Shown here: piece by piece, positions 51,794-62,101 of the stretch
Numbering within the stretch: the stretch's first letter is position 1
Layout of the letters: every line of letters begins with the position of its first letter
Source: an uncultured delta proteobacterium
Lineage (GTDB): Bacteria; Desulfobacterota; Desulfobacteria; Desulfobacterales; UBA5852
NCBI GenBank assembly: GCA_963850465.1
Contig: CAWKLN010000004.1
Span: 39,735-103,734, forward strand
DNA length: 64,000 nt
Direction: 5' to 3'
Notes under the pieces: model-generated
What the model saw: the letters and a program-made list of their open reading frames with translations, nothing else
Told to the model about the DNA's origin: nothing
The model's database searches: none
Made by a program: the position numbers and the translations under genes

Positions 51794-53083
51794 ATGATTC
51801 CTCTGGTTGACACCCTCCCGGCAATGCTACGCATCCTGCTGGTATTTATACTGATTCTGCTGGTGATCAAACGCAAGTGGGATCTGGGGCATGCCTTTGT
51901 GCTGGGGGCCTTGAGTCTGGGCGTTGTGTTCGCCATGGCGCCCTTGTCGATCGCCACATCGACCCTGGCGTCCATGTTGCATCCAAAAACGTTCAGTCTG
52001 ACCGTCGTCGTCAGTCTGATTCTGGTTCTCAGCCACAGTCTGGAAAAGACCGGTCAGATGGTCCGGATGCTTGAGGCCTATAAGGGATTGGTTCGCTGGC
52101 CGAAACTGAACCTGGTGGTGTTTCCCGCCCTGATCGGCCTGCTGCCCATGCCGGGGGGGGCTATTTTTTCGGCACCGATGGTCAAGACGATAGGGCAGAC
52201 CCACCAATTGAGCCCTGCGACCCTGAGCTACATCAATTACTGGTATCGTCATATCTGGGAATACTGGTGGCCCCTGTATCCCGGCATCCTGCTCACCACG
52301 GCCCTGGCGGACATCGACTTGTGGCGTCTGGTCTTTTTCACGTTGCCGCTCACGGTTTTAGCCATCGCCGCCGGCTACTGGCCTCTGAGGGGAACGGTTT
52401 TCACTGTCGATGACGGCCGGCGCCGGGCCATGGGACCGTTTGTCAAAGAGCTGGCGCCGATTCTGATTGTCATCGTGGGCGGGTTGGGCTTGGGAGAGAT
52501 TTTATCTGCCATCCTGCCACCGGGCATCCGGCCGCTGGCCAAAGAGGGGGGGCTCATCGCGGCGCTGTGTGTCGGCATCGGCTGGGTCTGGCATATGAAT
52601 CACATGCCGGTCAAGGACCGATGGGCCATCGTGGTCCAGCCGGCGCTGCTCAAAATGATCTACATGGTGACGGCCATTCTCATTTTCAAAGGGATCCTGG
52701 AAGACAGCGGGGCGGTGCGGCAGGTGAGCCAGGAAATCCTGCAATGGCGGATCCCCATGATGGCCGTTGCCGTTATCCTGCCCTTTATCGTGGGGGTCGT
52801 GGGCGGCATCACCATCGCTTTTGTGGGCACGACCTTTCCCATCTTGATCACGCTGATCCACACCCTGGGTCAGAGTCAACTGATGCTGCCTTACCTGGCG
52901 TTGGCCCTGGTCAGTGGCTTCACCGGCGTGCTGCTATCCCCGCTGCATCTATGCCTGTTGTTGTCCAACGCCTATTTTGAGACTTCCCTCATGCCGGTCT
53001 ACCGCCAAATGATGGTGCCCCTGGTGGCGCTGTTGGCCGGCGGTTGTCTCTATTTTTCCATATTACGTTTCTACATTTCCTGA
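51794..53083 (+). CDS. DUF401 family membrane protein
   Basis: It is polytopic with about 12 TM segments. ...VFPALIGLLPMPGGAIFSAPMV... is the DUF401 hallmark as I recall it. The start is ambiguous (TTG 51770 or ATG 51794). Confidence 0.6.
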   Translation: MIPLVDTLPAMLRILLVFILILLVIKRKWDLGHAFVLGALSLGVVFAMAPLSIATSTLASMLHPKTFSLTVVVSLILVLSHSLEKTGQMVRMLEAYKGLVRWPKLNLVVFPALIGLLPMPGGAIFSAPMVKTIGQTHQLSPATLSYINYWYRHIWEYWWPLYPGILLTTALADIDLWRLVFFTLPLTVLAIAAGYWPLRGTVFTVDDGRRRAMGPFVKELAPILIVIVGGLGLGEILSAILPPGIRPLAKEGGLIAALCVGIGWVWHMNHMPVKDRWAIVVQPALLKMIYMVTAILIFKGILEDSGAVRQVSQEILQWRIPMMAVAVILPFIVGVVGGITIAFVGTTFPILITLIHTLGQSQLMLPYLALALVSGFTGVLLSPLHLCLLLSNAYFETSLMPVYRQMMVPLVALLAGGCLYFSILRFYIS

Positions 53084-53145
53084 CGTGTCCCCATAGACGG
53101 GTTTTAGCCCCTCGGATGTCATCGCCGGCAAAACCTGACCGCGCC

Positions 53146-53793
53146 TCAAATGCGTTGCAAGGCTTCCAGCGTTTCTTCCGGATCGGGTCGAACGGTATGA
53201 TCGGTGTTGATGGCTGCGTAACGCACCATGCCGTCCGGGGCGATAATCAGACGGGCCGGCATGGGCAGGGTCCAGGAGGTATCGCCATTGTACTTCTCGA
53301 GATCGATGCCGAACTTTTGATACAATGCTTTCATATCGTCCGGCAGGTTGAATCGGAGGCCATAGCGCGCGGCCACCACGTTACCGTGATCGCTCAAAAT
53401 GGCGGCGGAAAGGTTTTTGTCTTCGCGAAGCGCTTTATTGTGCGCGATTCCCTGCGGCGCAATCATCACCAGGGACGCCCCCAAGGCGCTGAAACGGTCG
53501 GCCATCTCTTCCAGAGCTTCCAGCTCCAGGTTGCAGTAAGGTCACCAGGCGCCTCGGTAGAAGGAGAGGACCAACGGGCCCTTGTCCAGCAGGTCACCGA
53601 GGGCCACGGGGTCCCCTTCCGTATTGTTCAATTGGAAATCCGGTGCCAGATCCCCAACTTTGATGGCATTCGCGAGTAGACTTGATTTGGCGAGATCGTC
53701 TTTAGCCCGCTGCATGATTGCCAGAATGTCCGCGGGCACCTTGGAAACAAAATCCTTTTTGTAGGCATCGAGCTTTTCCTGAAGTTTCATCAT
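53146..53793 (-). CDS. Peroxiredoxin-like (AhpC/TSA) protein with in-frame TGA (53542-53544) at the catalytic Cys; selenoprotein
   Basis: Two same-frame ORFs are separated by TGA. The junction reads LVLSFYRGAW-U-PYCNLELEAL, which is the FYRGxWCPYC redox motif with U replacing the first Cys. Confidence 0.75.
53511..53530 (-). promoter_or_regulatory. SECIS-like hairpin downstream of the peroxiredoxin UGA
   Basis: On the minus strand, UGA is followed by 11 nt and then CCUGGAGCU-GGA-AGCUCUGG. This is an 8-bp stem including two G-U pairs, with a G-rich apical loop. Confidence 0.45.
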
Positions 53794-53917
53794 AAGCCTC
53801 CTTGTGTATCGTCAAGTGCAGATATGCCTTCCTGATGACCGACGGTCGTGAGGCGGTCGGTTGCGGGAACCTGCTTGTCAGTTATGCTTAACAAATATGG
53901 GGAATAAATTCGAATAA

Positions 53918-54400
53918 TCAAACGGATGGGGCGAGCGCTTGTCGGACGTCGTCCTCGTGCAGCCGGGCATGCTCATAGGCCCAGCGGATGAAGCGTTCGA
54001 GGCGGTCATGGCCGAGAAAGACATGCCGGCCTTCCCGATCAAAATCAGCGTCGGTCATTCCCGCCACGATCGCGATGGTTTCCTCACGGACGGTCCTAAA
54101 GCGTTGAAGCATCTCTTGCATAGACAGATGGTCGAGTTTCTGGGGCTGGGTGCGGTTGAAGCGAGCCACATCAAAACCTTCAGGAGATCCCGGGCCACCT
54201 TCCAGCATATTTTTAAACAGCCAGTGCATGGTTTTTTCGATGGTGATCAGATGGGCCAAGACCTGGCGCACGGTCCAGTGGACCTCTTCGGAGTAGACCG
54301 GCATCTGAAGCTGTTCCGGAGAGAGTACCGCGTATAGTTGCACCGTTTCATCTGCCGATGATTGGAGTAATGCGATGATGTCTGTTTGGCGCGACGTCAT
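53918..54400 (-). CDS. DinB family (four-helix bundle) protein
   Basis: The DinB-like His triad context is VLAHLITIEK...H...WAYEHARLHEDD. Confidence 0.6.
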   Translation of the reverse strand: MTSRQTDIIALLQSSADETVQLYAVLSPEQLQMPVYSEEVHWTVRQVLAHLITIEKTMHWLFKNMLEGGPGSPEGFDVARFNRTQPQKLDHLSMQEMLQRFRTVREETIAIVAGMTDADFDREGRHVFLGHDRLERFIRWAYEHARLHEDDVRQALAPSV

Positions 54401-54756
54401 GGCGTGTTCCCTTTTAGCAGCGATGTACGATGGTGGGTCAACATGGTGCGGTAAAGCTTGTTCGGTATGCTAAATTCAATCGGTTCATGCTATAATAAGG
54501 ATGATTTTGACAGATGCAAAAACCGTCTTAATTTTAATAGATTGAATTACATCTTGTATATCGACACTTCGCTATTCCGCAGGCTTCCGTTCGCACTTTT
54601 CATTCGGATCATACCTTCCTCTGCCACGCTGCATATCGGGTAAACGAAAATTGGCAGTCCGTTCGCCAGACCATACCCATCTCCGGCTTTGCTTGACAGG
54701 CCAAACGATGTTTGCGACCCGTCATTCGGGTATTTACGCAGGGAAAGGAGGAAAAC

Positions 54757-55074
54757 ATGGCTACCAAGGCCCTCGCTATCAAGGTCCTCATCAAACGCCG
54801 TTTTAAACCGGAGCATCTCGATATGGCATCCAAAATCCTTATCCGGGCCCGCTATGCGGCCATGAAGATGGATGGCTATATCGCCTCGGAAACCTGGCGC
54901 GCGCTCCATGATCCTTCTTGGATCACCGTTGTTTCCATGTGGCAGTCCCCCGAGGACTGGAATCGCTGGTATACCAGCAGCCAGCGCAGCGAATTTACGG
55001 TGGAATTCGAAAAGATCATGAGCGAAGGGGAACGGATCGAACCCTATGCGCTGGGGTTGCAGCAGACCGTTTAA
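54757..55074 (+). CDS. Antibiotic-biosynthesis-monooxygenase (ABM) fold protein
   Basis: AAGGAGG precedes ATG 54757. At about 105 aa it has the pattern ...GYIASETWRALHDPSWITVVSMWQSPEDWNRW. Confidence 0.6.
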   Translation: MATKALAIKVLIKRRFKPEHLDMASKILIRARYAAMKMDGYIASETWRALHDPSWITVVSMWQSPEDWNRWYTSSQRSEFTVEFEKIMSEGERIEPYALGLQQTV

Positions 55075-55118
55075 CACACCGTAGAGTCTCTCAGCGCTCA
55101 GGAGAAGGGAGAGCGACC

Positions 55119-55532
55119 ATGGCCCATGGTATTCACATCCATGTTCAATGCCCGCATTGCGGCAAGTCCCTGATGACGCCCGAACCCGAAATCGATCAGT
55201 TGGATTCGATTCAATTGCTGGCCAAGATCGGCAACCGGATCGGGCATCTCTATCTCAGTCAAGTCTATGGCAGTTATGAGAAGGTTTTTGAAAATGTCGA
55301 GAATCTTCCCGACGCTGTTGTCGAATGTTCCTGCCCGCATTGTTTTCGTCCATTTCCGGTTCATCAAACATGTGCAAACTGCTCTGCGGCCATTATCGGG
55401 CTGGATTTAAAAGTCGGTGGGACCATCAAGGTCTGCAGCCGCAACGGGTGCAAACATCACTCTCTGGAGTTCGAGGACAGTCAGGATGCTTTGAACCTGT
55501 TTCGAAGCCAGAATGGGTCAGGGTTGTTCTAG
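55119..55532 (+). CDS. Multi-zinc-ribbon protein
   Basis: The Cys pairs are CPHC, CSCPHC, CANC and C..GC. Confidence 0.45.
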   Translation: MAHGIHIHVQCPHCGKSLMTPEPEIDQLDSIQLLAKIGNRIGHLYLSQVYGSYEKVFENVENLPDAVVECSCPHCFRPFPVHQTCANCSAAIIGLDLKVGGTIKVCSRNGCKHHSLEFEDSQDALNLFRSQNGSGLF

Positions 55533-55906
55533 TTCTGGCAGGCCCGACCGGGGAGCGCCATGTTCATCCTCTCGGCAGGACAAACGGGGTTGGGGAGGGC
55601 CGATTCCAACGGTCCCCCTGATCCCGATGGCATGTAGCGTGTTTTCTCCAGCAAATAATCCCAAAAAATCGCATCCGGGCACCGCAGGGTCGGGGGTGCC
55701 CGTACGTCAGTGCCGATGAAATGGCGGTCATTCTTGAAAATAAAACCGGCATTCCGGGTTGTGAAAGGCATCTACGATTATCATTGATCCTGAACGGACG
55801 GGACCTGTATGCTTTTACGAGCAATGCTTGACGCTATCGGGAATCATCCTACCTTACTCACGTCTGTTGTCGATAACCATGGAAACAACTGAGAGGAGCG
55901 AGACAT

Positions 55907-56974
55907 ATGTCTACGGATGTATTTTCAGAATACAGGCTGAATGGATTCACGCTGAAAAACCGCCTCGGGGTGGCCCCCATGACACGCATGTCATCGGTGG
56001 CCGACAGCATCCCCCGTCAGGATGTCCTGGATTTCCTGGTGCGCCGGGCCGAAAAAGGGGCCGCCCTGGTGTTTAGCGAGGCCATCGTCACGGATTATGA
56101 AAGCGCCCAGGGGTACCCCGGCCAGGCCCGCCTGCTGACCCAGCGCCAGATCGATGCCTGGAAAACGGTGACGGATGCCATCCGGGCCCATGGATCGATA
56201 TCCATCATGCAGATGTTCCATTGCGGGCGCGTGGCCTGGCCGGAGGTCAACCCGGCCGGCCGTATCATCGCACCGAGCCCGGTAACTCCTAGACAGGACA
56301 ACCCCCTCACGGGCAAGCCCTATCCCGTTCCCGATACGATGAGTGCCTTCGACATCCAACATGTCATCCAGGGGTTTGTGGCGACCGCGCGCGGGGCTGT
56401 AGCGGCCGGGTTCGACGGGGTGGAGATTCACGGGGCGCATGGATACCTCATCAACCAGTTTTTGTCAAAATATTCGAATCATCGTACCGATGCCTATGGC
56501 GGCACGCTGGAAAATCGCTACCGGTTCGCCCACGAGGTCACCACGGCGGTTCGTGGTGTGGTGCCCGAAGCCCACCTTTTGACTTTCCGCATTTCCAACT
56601 GGGGTGTCGTCGATCCGAAAGTGCCCCTGTTCGAGACCCGTGAAGAGTGGCAGACCCTGATACGGCTGCTGTCCGCCGAACCTATCGATGCGCTGTCCCT
56701 GTCGACCTATGACTTTGCCGCCAAGGGGTTCGGCACGGATCGAACCATCTGCCAGTTGACCCGCGAGGTAACGGAACTGCCGCTGATGATCTGCGGCAAG
56801 ATTCATGACCGGCAAACCGCCGAGGCAGCCCTGCAGGATGCGGACATTGTGCTGTCCGGCAAGTCCTTCTTGTTCAATCCGGATTTGGTGGAGGAGATCC
56901 GGGATGGAAAATCGCTGCCGCTCTATCGATCCGAAGAGGCCAATATTGCTTACACGGAAGCGCCTCTTCTGTAA
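55907..56974 (+). CDS. NADH:flavin oxidoreductase (Old Yellow Enzyme family)
   Basis: GAGGAG precedes ATG 55907. ...LKNRLGVAPMTRMSS... and ...FDGVEIHGAHGYLINQFLS...NHRTDAYGG... are OYE signatures. Confidence 0.85.
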   Translation: MSTDVFSEYRLNGFTLKNRLGVAPMTRMSSVADSIPRQDVLDFLVRRAEKGAALVFSEAIVTDYESAQGYPGQARLLTQRQIDAWKTVTDAIRAHGSISIMQMFHCGRVAWPEVNPAGRIIAPSPVTPRQDNPLTGKPYPVPDTMSAFDIQHVIQGFVATARGAVAAGFDGVEIHGAHGYLINQFLSKYSNHRTDAYGGTLENRYRFAHEVTTAVRGVVPEAHLLTFRISNWGVVDPKVPLFETREEWQTLIRLLSAEPIDALSLSTYDFAAKGFGTDRTICQLTREVTELPLMICGKIHDRQTAEAALQDADIVLSGKSFLFNPDLVEEIRDGKSLPLYRSEEANIAYTEAPLL

Positions 56975-57103
56975 ACATGGCCGGATGATGGGGGGTCTGC
57001 CGGATAGACAGGGTGGGCCGAGCGGTGGGAACCATTGCCCATAAAACCAGAAGGGCTGCTTTAACAAGCAGCCCTTATAGTTTAACGCATTGAAGCCGAT
57101 TGC

Positions 57104-58147
57104 CTAAAACCGGAAAAAGAGTCCGGCGCCTGCCGTGAAAATTTCCGTATCGTAGAAATCGATATTGGCATCGCTATTTAAATAATCCGTCTTGATGTAA
57201 AGGCTGGTTTTTTTAAAAAATGGTACGCTCCAGCCGAAAGGATTGTGGTACAAAGCGATCACACCGGCGCCGTAGCGGTCGTCGTCCTGGGTCTTGCTGT
57301 AGATGGGATTGCGCTTGTCGTAGTCGGCGTACCCGATAAACCCGTTGACCACTATCGAATACTGTTCTGAATTGTAGCCGTAGGACAGCTGGAAATCCAC
57401 CCCGTCGTTGCTCATGGCATCCCCGTCCAGATCATAGTTGAAGTAGGTGATGGTGGGGATGATGACATGCTTCTTACCGTCGAAGAAAAAGCGATACAGG
57501 ATATCGACCTTGGTATAATCGCCCTCACGATCCAGCAATTGCTGCTGTGCCGATGTGAGTCCCAGAGGGCCATACGATCCGCTGCGTTCATCATCGATAT
57601 CGATTTCGCGATAGGAATACTGCAGCTGCAGTTCCGATCCGAAGATGCGGTCCCAGGCCACTCGGAACCCGTTGGATGTGCGATCGGTGCGCGATCGTTT
57701 GAAAGTCGTGACATAGGGATCCTCCCAGACCTCGGTAGGAATGGAGGAAAAAAGAAAACTGGCCGCCACCAGGTTTTTGCCGGGCAGTTCCTGGGAGACA
57801 CCCATCTGGGTGGCGAAATCGTAGCGCAGGGCATCTTCCATGGCATTACCGATGAAGAGCTGGGTGCGGGTGCTGGCAAAGGTGTAGCGCAGGTCGAAGT
57901 TGACGTTGACTGAACCGGAACTGTTCGAATCCGGGCTGTCCGTCAGGGAGTCGACGGTGCGGTTGCCCACACTGCCGAAATCGTTGCCGGCGATCATGTT
58001 GCTTTTCACATGACTGTAGCCGCCGCCCAGTGTCAGGTAACCGCTGAACCCCGATTCCTCGGGAATGGGCTCGATGGCGAGAGCCGGGCCGACGGAAAGA
58101 AGCATTATCGTGATGAAAAGAACGATTACTTTTTTCGATGGATTCAT
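57104..58147 (-). CDS. Outer-membrane beta-barrel protein (DUF2860-like)
   Basis: GGAGG precedes ATG 58147. It has a signal peptide, alternating beta-strand pattern and a terminal ...GAGLFFRF. Confidence 0.55.
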   Translation of the reverse strand: MNPSKKVIVLFITIMLLSVGPALAIEPIPEESGFSGYLTLGGGYSHVKSNMIAGNDFGSVGNRTVDSLTDSPDSNSSGSVNVNFDLRYTFASTRTQLFIGNAMEDALRYDFATQMGVSQELPGKNLVAASFLFSSIPTEVWEDPYVTTFKRSRTDRTSNGFRVAWDRIFGSELQLQYSYREIDIDDERSGSYGPLGLTSAQQQLLDREGDYTKVDILYRFFFDGKKHVIIPTITYFNYDLDGDAMSNDGVDFQLSYGYNSEQYSIVVNGFIGYADYDKRNPIYSKTQDDDRYGAGVIALYHNPFGWSVPFFKKTSLYIKTDYLNSDANIDFYDTEIFTAGAGLFFRF

Positions 58148-58290
58148 CGCAAACCTCCTCAAATGTTGTCGAAAATCTACTATTGACTCACGCCATGTAG
58201 AATCATCCATACCGGATGAACCCCCATTTTTCAAGTTGGAATGTGCCAATGAAGGCCTAAGTGGGGCGGTGGGTCGTAAAAACGCCGGAA

Positions 58291-58608
58291 TCAATCCGAA
58301 TCATCGGAGGCGCTGTTGCGGCGGGCCTGCGCGATCAAGTCAAGGATGCCGCTGAGTTTGGGGCGTGGCCGGTGGTGGAGGAATGCCTCGTATTCTCCTG
58401 TGGTCAGGCGGTTGCGTAGATAGGCCGTCACGTCGAAGTGCTGCCACCAGCAGTCCATCACCTTGTAACAGGGGTGACCATTGCTGCCGGTTTTCTCACA
58501 ATAGGTGAAGGGAACCGGGCCACCCAGTCGGGGGCAGCGAATTTCGAAATCGTCTTTTTTCACGATCGTTATAACACCTTTAGGCCGTCCTGTGCGCTGG
58601 GTGGACAC
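58291..58608 (-). CDS. Hypothetical Cys-containing protein (105 aa)
   Basis: The ORF has protein-like composition. I recognise no family. Confidence 0.45.
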   Translation of the reverse strand: MSTQRTGRPKGVITIVKKDDFEIRCPRLGGPVPFTYCEKTGSNGHPCYKVMDCWWQHFDVTAYLRNRLTTGEYEAFLHHRPRPKLSGILDLIAQARRNSASDDSD

Positions 58609-58673
58609 CCGTTATCAGGAAGATAGAGCCCGGGGAAGAAAATACGGCTTTTCCTCCCCGGGATGTCACCTGT

Positions 58674-60062
58674 TCATGGTTCTACGGGGTGCTCTTCATG
58701 GCCTGCGGCTTCGGGTAATCGGCAAACACGGCCTGCGGATTTCCGCAGTTCATCATCCGACATGGCAACATCGTTTAACTCGCCGGTAAAATAGCGGTCG
58801 TAGGCCCCCAGATCCAGCAGTCCATGTCCGCTCCAGTTGACGACGATGGTCTTCTCACGGCCTTCTTCCTTGGCCTGGCGGGCTTCTTTCACGACCTGGG
58901 CCAGGGCGTTGGTGGTTTCCGGGGCCGGGATAAACCCTTCCGTGCGGGCCCACAGCACACCCGCCGCATAGGCTTCGGTCTGGGTCACGGCCTTGGGTTC
59001 GCACAGCCCTTCCGCCACGAGCTGGCTGACCGTCGGTGCCATGCCGTGGTAGCGCAGACCGCCGGCGTGAATCGGGGGCGGCACGAAGGCGTGCCCCAGG
59101 CTGTGCATGGGCAGCAGCGGGGTGTAGCCGGCGGTGTCGCCGTGATCGTAGACAAAGGGAGCGCGGGTCATGGTGGGGCAGGCCATGGGTTCCACGGGGT
59201 AGATGGCAATGTCGCGGCCATGGATTTTGTCACTGACGAAGGGAAAGGCCAGACCGGCGAAGTTGCTGCCGCCGCCGGCGCAGCCGATGACGATATCCGG
59301 ATAGTCACCGATCATGTCGAACTGTTTTTTGGCTTCCAGGCCGATGATGGTCTGGTGCAGCATGACATGGTTGAGCACGCTGCCCAGTGAATAGCGCGTC
59401 TTGCCGCTCGTGTCGGAAACGGCCGCTTCGATGGCCTCACTGATGGCGATGCCCAGGCTGCCGGGGGTGTTCGGGTCCTTGGCCAGGGCGTCGCGGCCGG
59501 CCTTGGTTTCAGGGCTGGGGCTGGGGACGCATTTTCCGCCCCAGGTTTCCATCATGGCCTTGCGGTAGGGCTTCTGGTCGAAGCTGATGCGCACCATATA
59601 GACTTTGCACTCCAGGCCAAACTGGGAACAGGCAAAAGACAGGGCGCTGCCCCATTGGCCGGCGCCGGTTTCGGTGGTCATGCGTTCGATACCGAATACT
59701 TTGTTGTAATAAGCCTGTGGGATGGCGGTATTCGGCTTGTGACTGCCCGGGGGGCTTACGCCTTCGTTTTTGTAATAGATTTTGGCCGGTGTATCCAACG
59801 CCTTTTCAAAGGAGAGCGCCCGCATCATGGGCGACGGCCGCCAGATGCTGAGAACATCCATGACGGGCTCCGGGATATCGATCCAGCGCTCGGCGCTGAC
59901 TTCCTGTTCGATCAGGTTCATGGGGAAAACCGGGGCCAGGGCATCCGGTGAAATGGGTTTGCCGTCCGGTCCCAGGGGGGGGTTCATCTTGATATCCGCC
60001 AGAATATTGTACCATTGGCGGGGCATCTCGGAGGGTGGCAATATAATTTGTCGATGGGTCAT
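58674..60062 (-). CDS. TrpB-like PLP-dependent enzyme (TrpB2 clade)
   Basis: AAGGAG precedes ATG 60062. [11 protein letters not shown]...[18 protein letters not shown]... and ...[12 protein letters not shown]... match the long TrpB2 form. Confidence 0.8.
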   Translation of the reverse strand: MTHRQIILPPSEMPRQWYNILADIKMNPPLGPDGKPISPDALAPVFPMNLIEQEVSAERWIDIPEPVMDVLSIWRPSPMMRALSFEKALDTPAKIYYKNEGVSPPGSHKPNTAIPQAYYNKVFGIERMTTETGAGQWGSALSFACSQFGLECKVYMVRISFDQKPYRKAMMETWGGKCVPSPSPETKAGRDALAKDPNTPGSLGIAISEAIEAAVSDTSGKTRYSLGSVLNHVMLHQTIIGLEAKKQFDMIGDYPDIVIGCAGGGSNFAGLAFPFVSDKIHGRDIAIYPVEPMACPTMTRAPFVYDHGDTAGYTPLLPMHSLGHAFVPPPIHAGGLRYHGMAPTVSQLVAEGLCEPKAVTQTEAYAAGVLWARTEGFIPAPETTNALAQVVKEARQAKEEGREKTIVVNWSGHGLLDLGAYDRYFTGELNDVAMSDDELRKSAGRVCRLPEAAGHEEHPVEP

Positions 60063-60165
60063 GGATTCGTCTCCTTCTTGGGTGTTTCTGCAAGCAACGT
60101 CAGTACACAAAGTCGAATGGCGCGCTATCATATCGGCCACATCGAGGGGTATCCGCAATTGAATC

Positions 60166-60898
60166 TCAGGTCTTAAAGGGACCGGGTTGTTTTGTCAAGG
60201 TGCCTGCCAACGCCTGCGTTAGATAGAATATCTCTGAATAGACACGCGAAGATGAGAAGCGATCGTCGACGATATCGATGACCTCGGCGATCATCTCGCG
60301 TCGCCCGGCCAGATAGAAATCATATTCGCCCGCGGGCCATTGTTGTCGCAAATACATGGTGACACGGCCCGGGAAGGCCTCGGATGGCAGGGACGGCATT
60401 GCGCCCGTTAGGCAGGGAATGTAGCGTGCGGCGGCGGGTTCCATAAGATCCCGATAATAGAGCGCGCCAACATCCTGCACCCCGTGGAGCAGAACAAACC
60501 CTTGCACGCCTTCCCGGCACATGGCGGCGAAGGGCGCAATCCCGGTGCCTGTGGCGATAAATATCGCCGGCCGCGAGGAGGGGCGATAGATAAAATGACC
60601 GCTGGGTCCTGAGAAATTCAGAGAAGTTCGCCAATGGGCAGCGGCTTAGATGGGTGGAAACGACACCGCTGTCCATCCAACGAATCAGCAGGATCAGTTC
60701 AGCAGGGGTATCACCGGGGATCAGTGAATAATCGCGATGTTTTCCACCGATGAGGAGTCGAATGCGCTGGCCGGCCTGGAATTGAAAATCCGGCGGACGT
60801 TCCAACGCCAGCGTGAACGTATCCTTCGTGAGCCACTGACGGTGGATGATGCGGCTGGTGTGAAGGTTGCCGCCGGCGGCCACATCCGGGGACGTCAT
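60166..60898 (-). pseudogene. FNR-like FAD/NAD(P)-binding reductase, frameshifted
   Basis: The FAD half (QRIRLLIGGKHRDYSLIP) is in one frame and the NAD half (FSGPSGHFIY...IFIATGTGIAPF) in another. The junction coincides with an imperfect 10-nt tandem duplication at 60609-60628. Confidence 0.7.
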
Positions 60899-61461
60899 GC
60901 ACTCTCCCAGGGGGTATCGGGCGTCTGGGTGACCTGATTGCAGTAACGTGCCAGCACGAAAAGGTAGTCTGACAGGCGGTTCAGATACGTCAACGTGCCG
61001 GCGTACATGTCTTCTTTGGAGGACGACTGCCGAACGGTCCGGACGGTATGGCGCTCCGCCCGCCGGCAGACGCAGCGGGCCACGTGGCTCCAGCAGGCGG
61101 CCGGATGGCCGCCGGGGAGAATAAACTGGCTCAGGCGTGGTAGATCTTCATCCATTTGATCGATAGCCTTCTCCAGAAAAAGGGCCTTTTCAGCGGGCAG
61201 ATCCCGGGTGTCCGCAAAGGTCGGGTCTTCCCCGGAAGTGGCCAGGCAGGCCCCGACCCGGAACAGATCCCCCTGGATCTGAAGGAGTTCGCGGATTCTG
61301 TCGCGGCAGTCGCCAGGCATGGCGGCAATGATCGCCCCCACAAGGGAGTTCAGTTCATCCACATCTCCGTAGGCCTCCACCCGCACATCATCTTTGGCGA
61401 TGCGCTCGCCGCTGAACAGGCTGGTTCGTCCGCGATCGCCGCCGCCGGTGTAGACTTTCAT
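60895..61461 (-). CDS. PduO-type ATP:cob(I)alamin adenosyltransferase
   Basis: MKVYTGGGDRGRTSLFSGERIAKDDVRVEAYGDVDELNS is the canonical N-terminus. The stop overlaps the start of the FNR-like gene (ATGA). Confidence 0.88.
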   Translation of the reverse strand: MKVYTGGGDRGRTSLFSGERIAKDDVRVEAYGDVDELNSLVGAIIAAMPGDCRDRIRELLQIQGDLFRVGACLATSGEDPTFADTRDLPAEKALFLEKAIDQMDEDLPRLSQFILPGGHPAACWSHVARCVCRRAERHTVRTVRQSSSKEDMYAGTLTYLNRLSDYLFVLARYCNQVTQTPDTPWESA

Positions 61462-61615
61462 GGTCTTTTTTCGCTCCTGTCCTGGTAGATGGATAATTCG
61501 GAAGGAATCGACATCTTGTGCGCGCTGCCCTGAGGTCGCTTCGATGATCCCGGTGATCCGGCCGCATGATCGTTTGTATCGGCATCGATATACCCACCCT
61601 GGTCGGTCCCGGGGT

Positions 61616-61924
61616 TCAGACTTTGTTCATGTCCACCCAGAACCAGACGCTGGAAACGAGAAAATAGAGGGCGATGGCTTCCGCGACCAGGCAGATACCA
61701 TAATACCAGAGTTTGCCCACCAGGCCAAGCGGGACCAGGAGGGCGAATTCGACGGCTAACAATGCCAGCAGTGAAAAATAGGTGTCGTAATAGCCCTGTC
61801 GGGTGACCAGTTCGGTCGCAAAGAAGAGGCTGATGTTGAGGATGATCAGCAACGCGGTGAATCTTGAAAGGTTCATCCAGTAGATATTTTTTTGGTTTTC
61901 AAAATGGGCTTGCAGGTCGTTCAT
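61616..61924 (-). CDS. Small membrane protein (3 TM)
   Basis: The ORF runs from ATG 61924 with three hydrophobic helices. Confidence 0.45.
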   Translation of the reverse strand: MNDLQAHFENQKNIYWMNLSRFTALLIILNISLFFATELVTRQGYYDTYFSLLALLAVEFALLVPLGLVGKLWYYGICLVAEAIALYFLVSSVWFWVDMNKV

Positions 61925-62101
61925 GATGCAGGTGCTCCTGGTGGTTTTTGCGATGAAGCAAGTTTTTTCGGGTCTTTGGGACTTGGTCGTGGCGGAGGTC
62001 CAGACATGGCAATCGCATGCGGACGCATTTCGCTCAATACGACGCACGCGCCGCGTTTCCGAGGGGGGTCGTTCCTTGACAGACGACGATGGCGGGGCGT
62101 G

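Noticed and set aside
55529-55771. An 80-aa minus-strand ORF divergent from the OYE gene. Pieces resemble an HxlR-type regulator (..LRCPDA.. in one frame, ..GDRWN.. in another).
   Set aside because: The similarity rests on two very short motifs in different frames. It is plausible as a dead regulator but not demonstrable without a frameshift-tolerant search.
61462-61615. A possible cobalamin riboswitch upstream of the PduO-type adenosyltransferase.
   Set aside because: I could find neither the B12 box nor the conserved GCCACUG-type core on the minus strand. The region is only 154 nt and follows another gene of the same operon.
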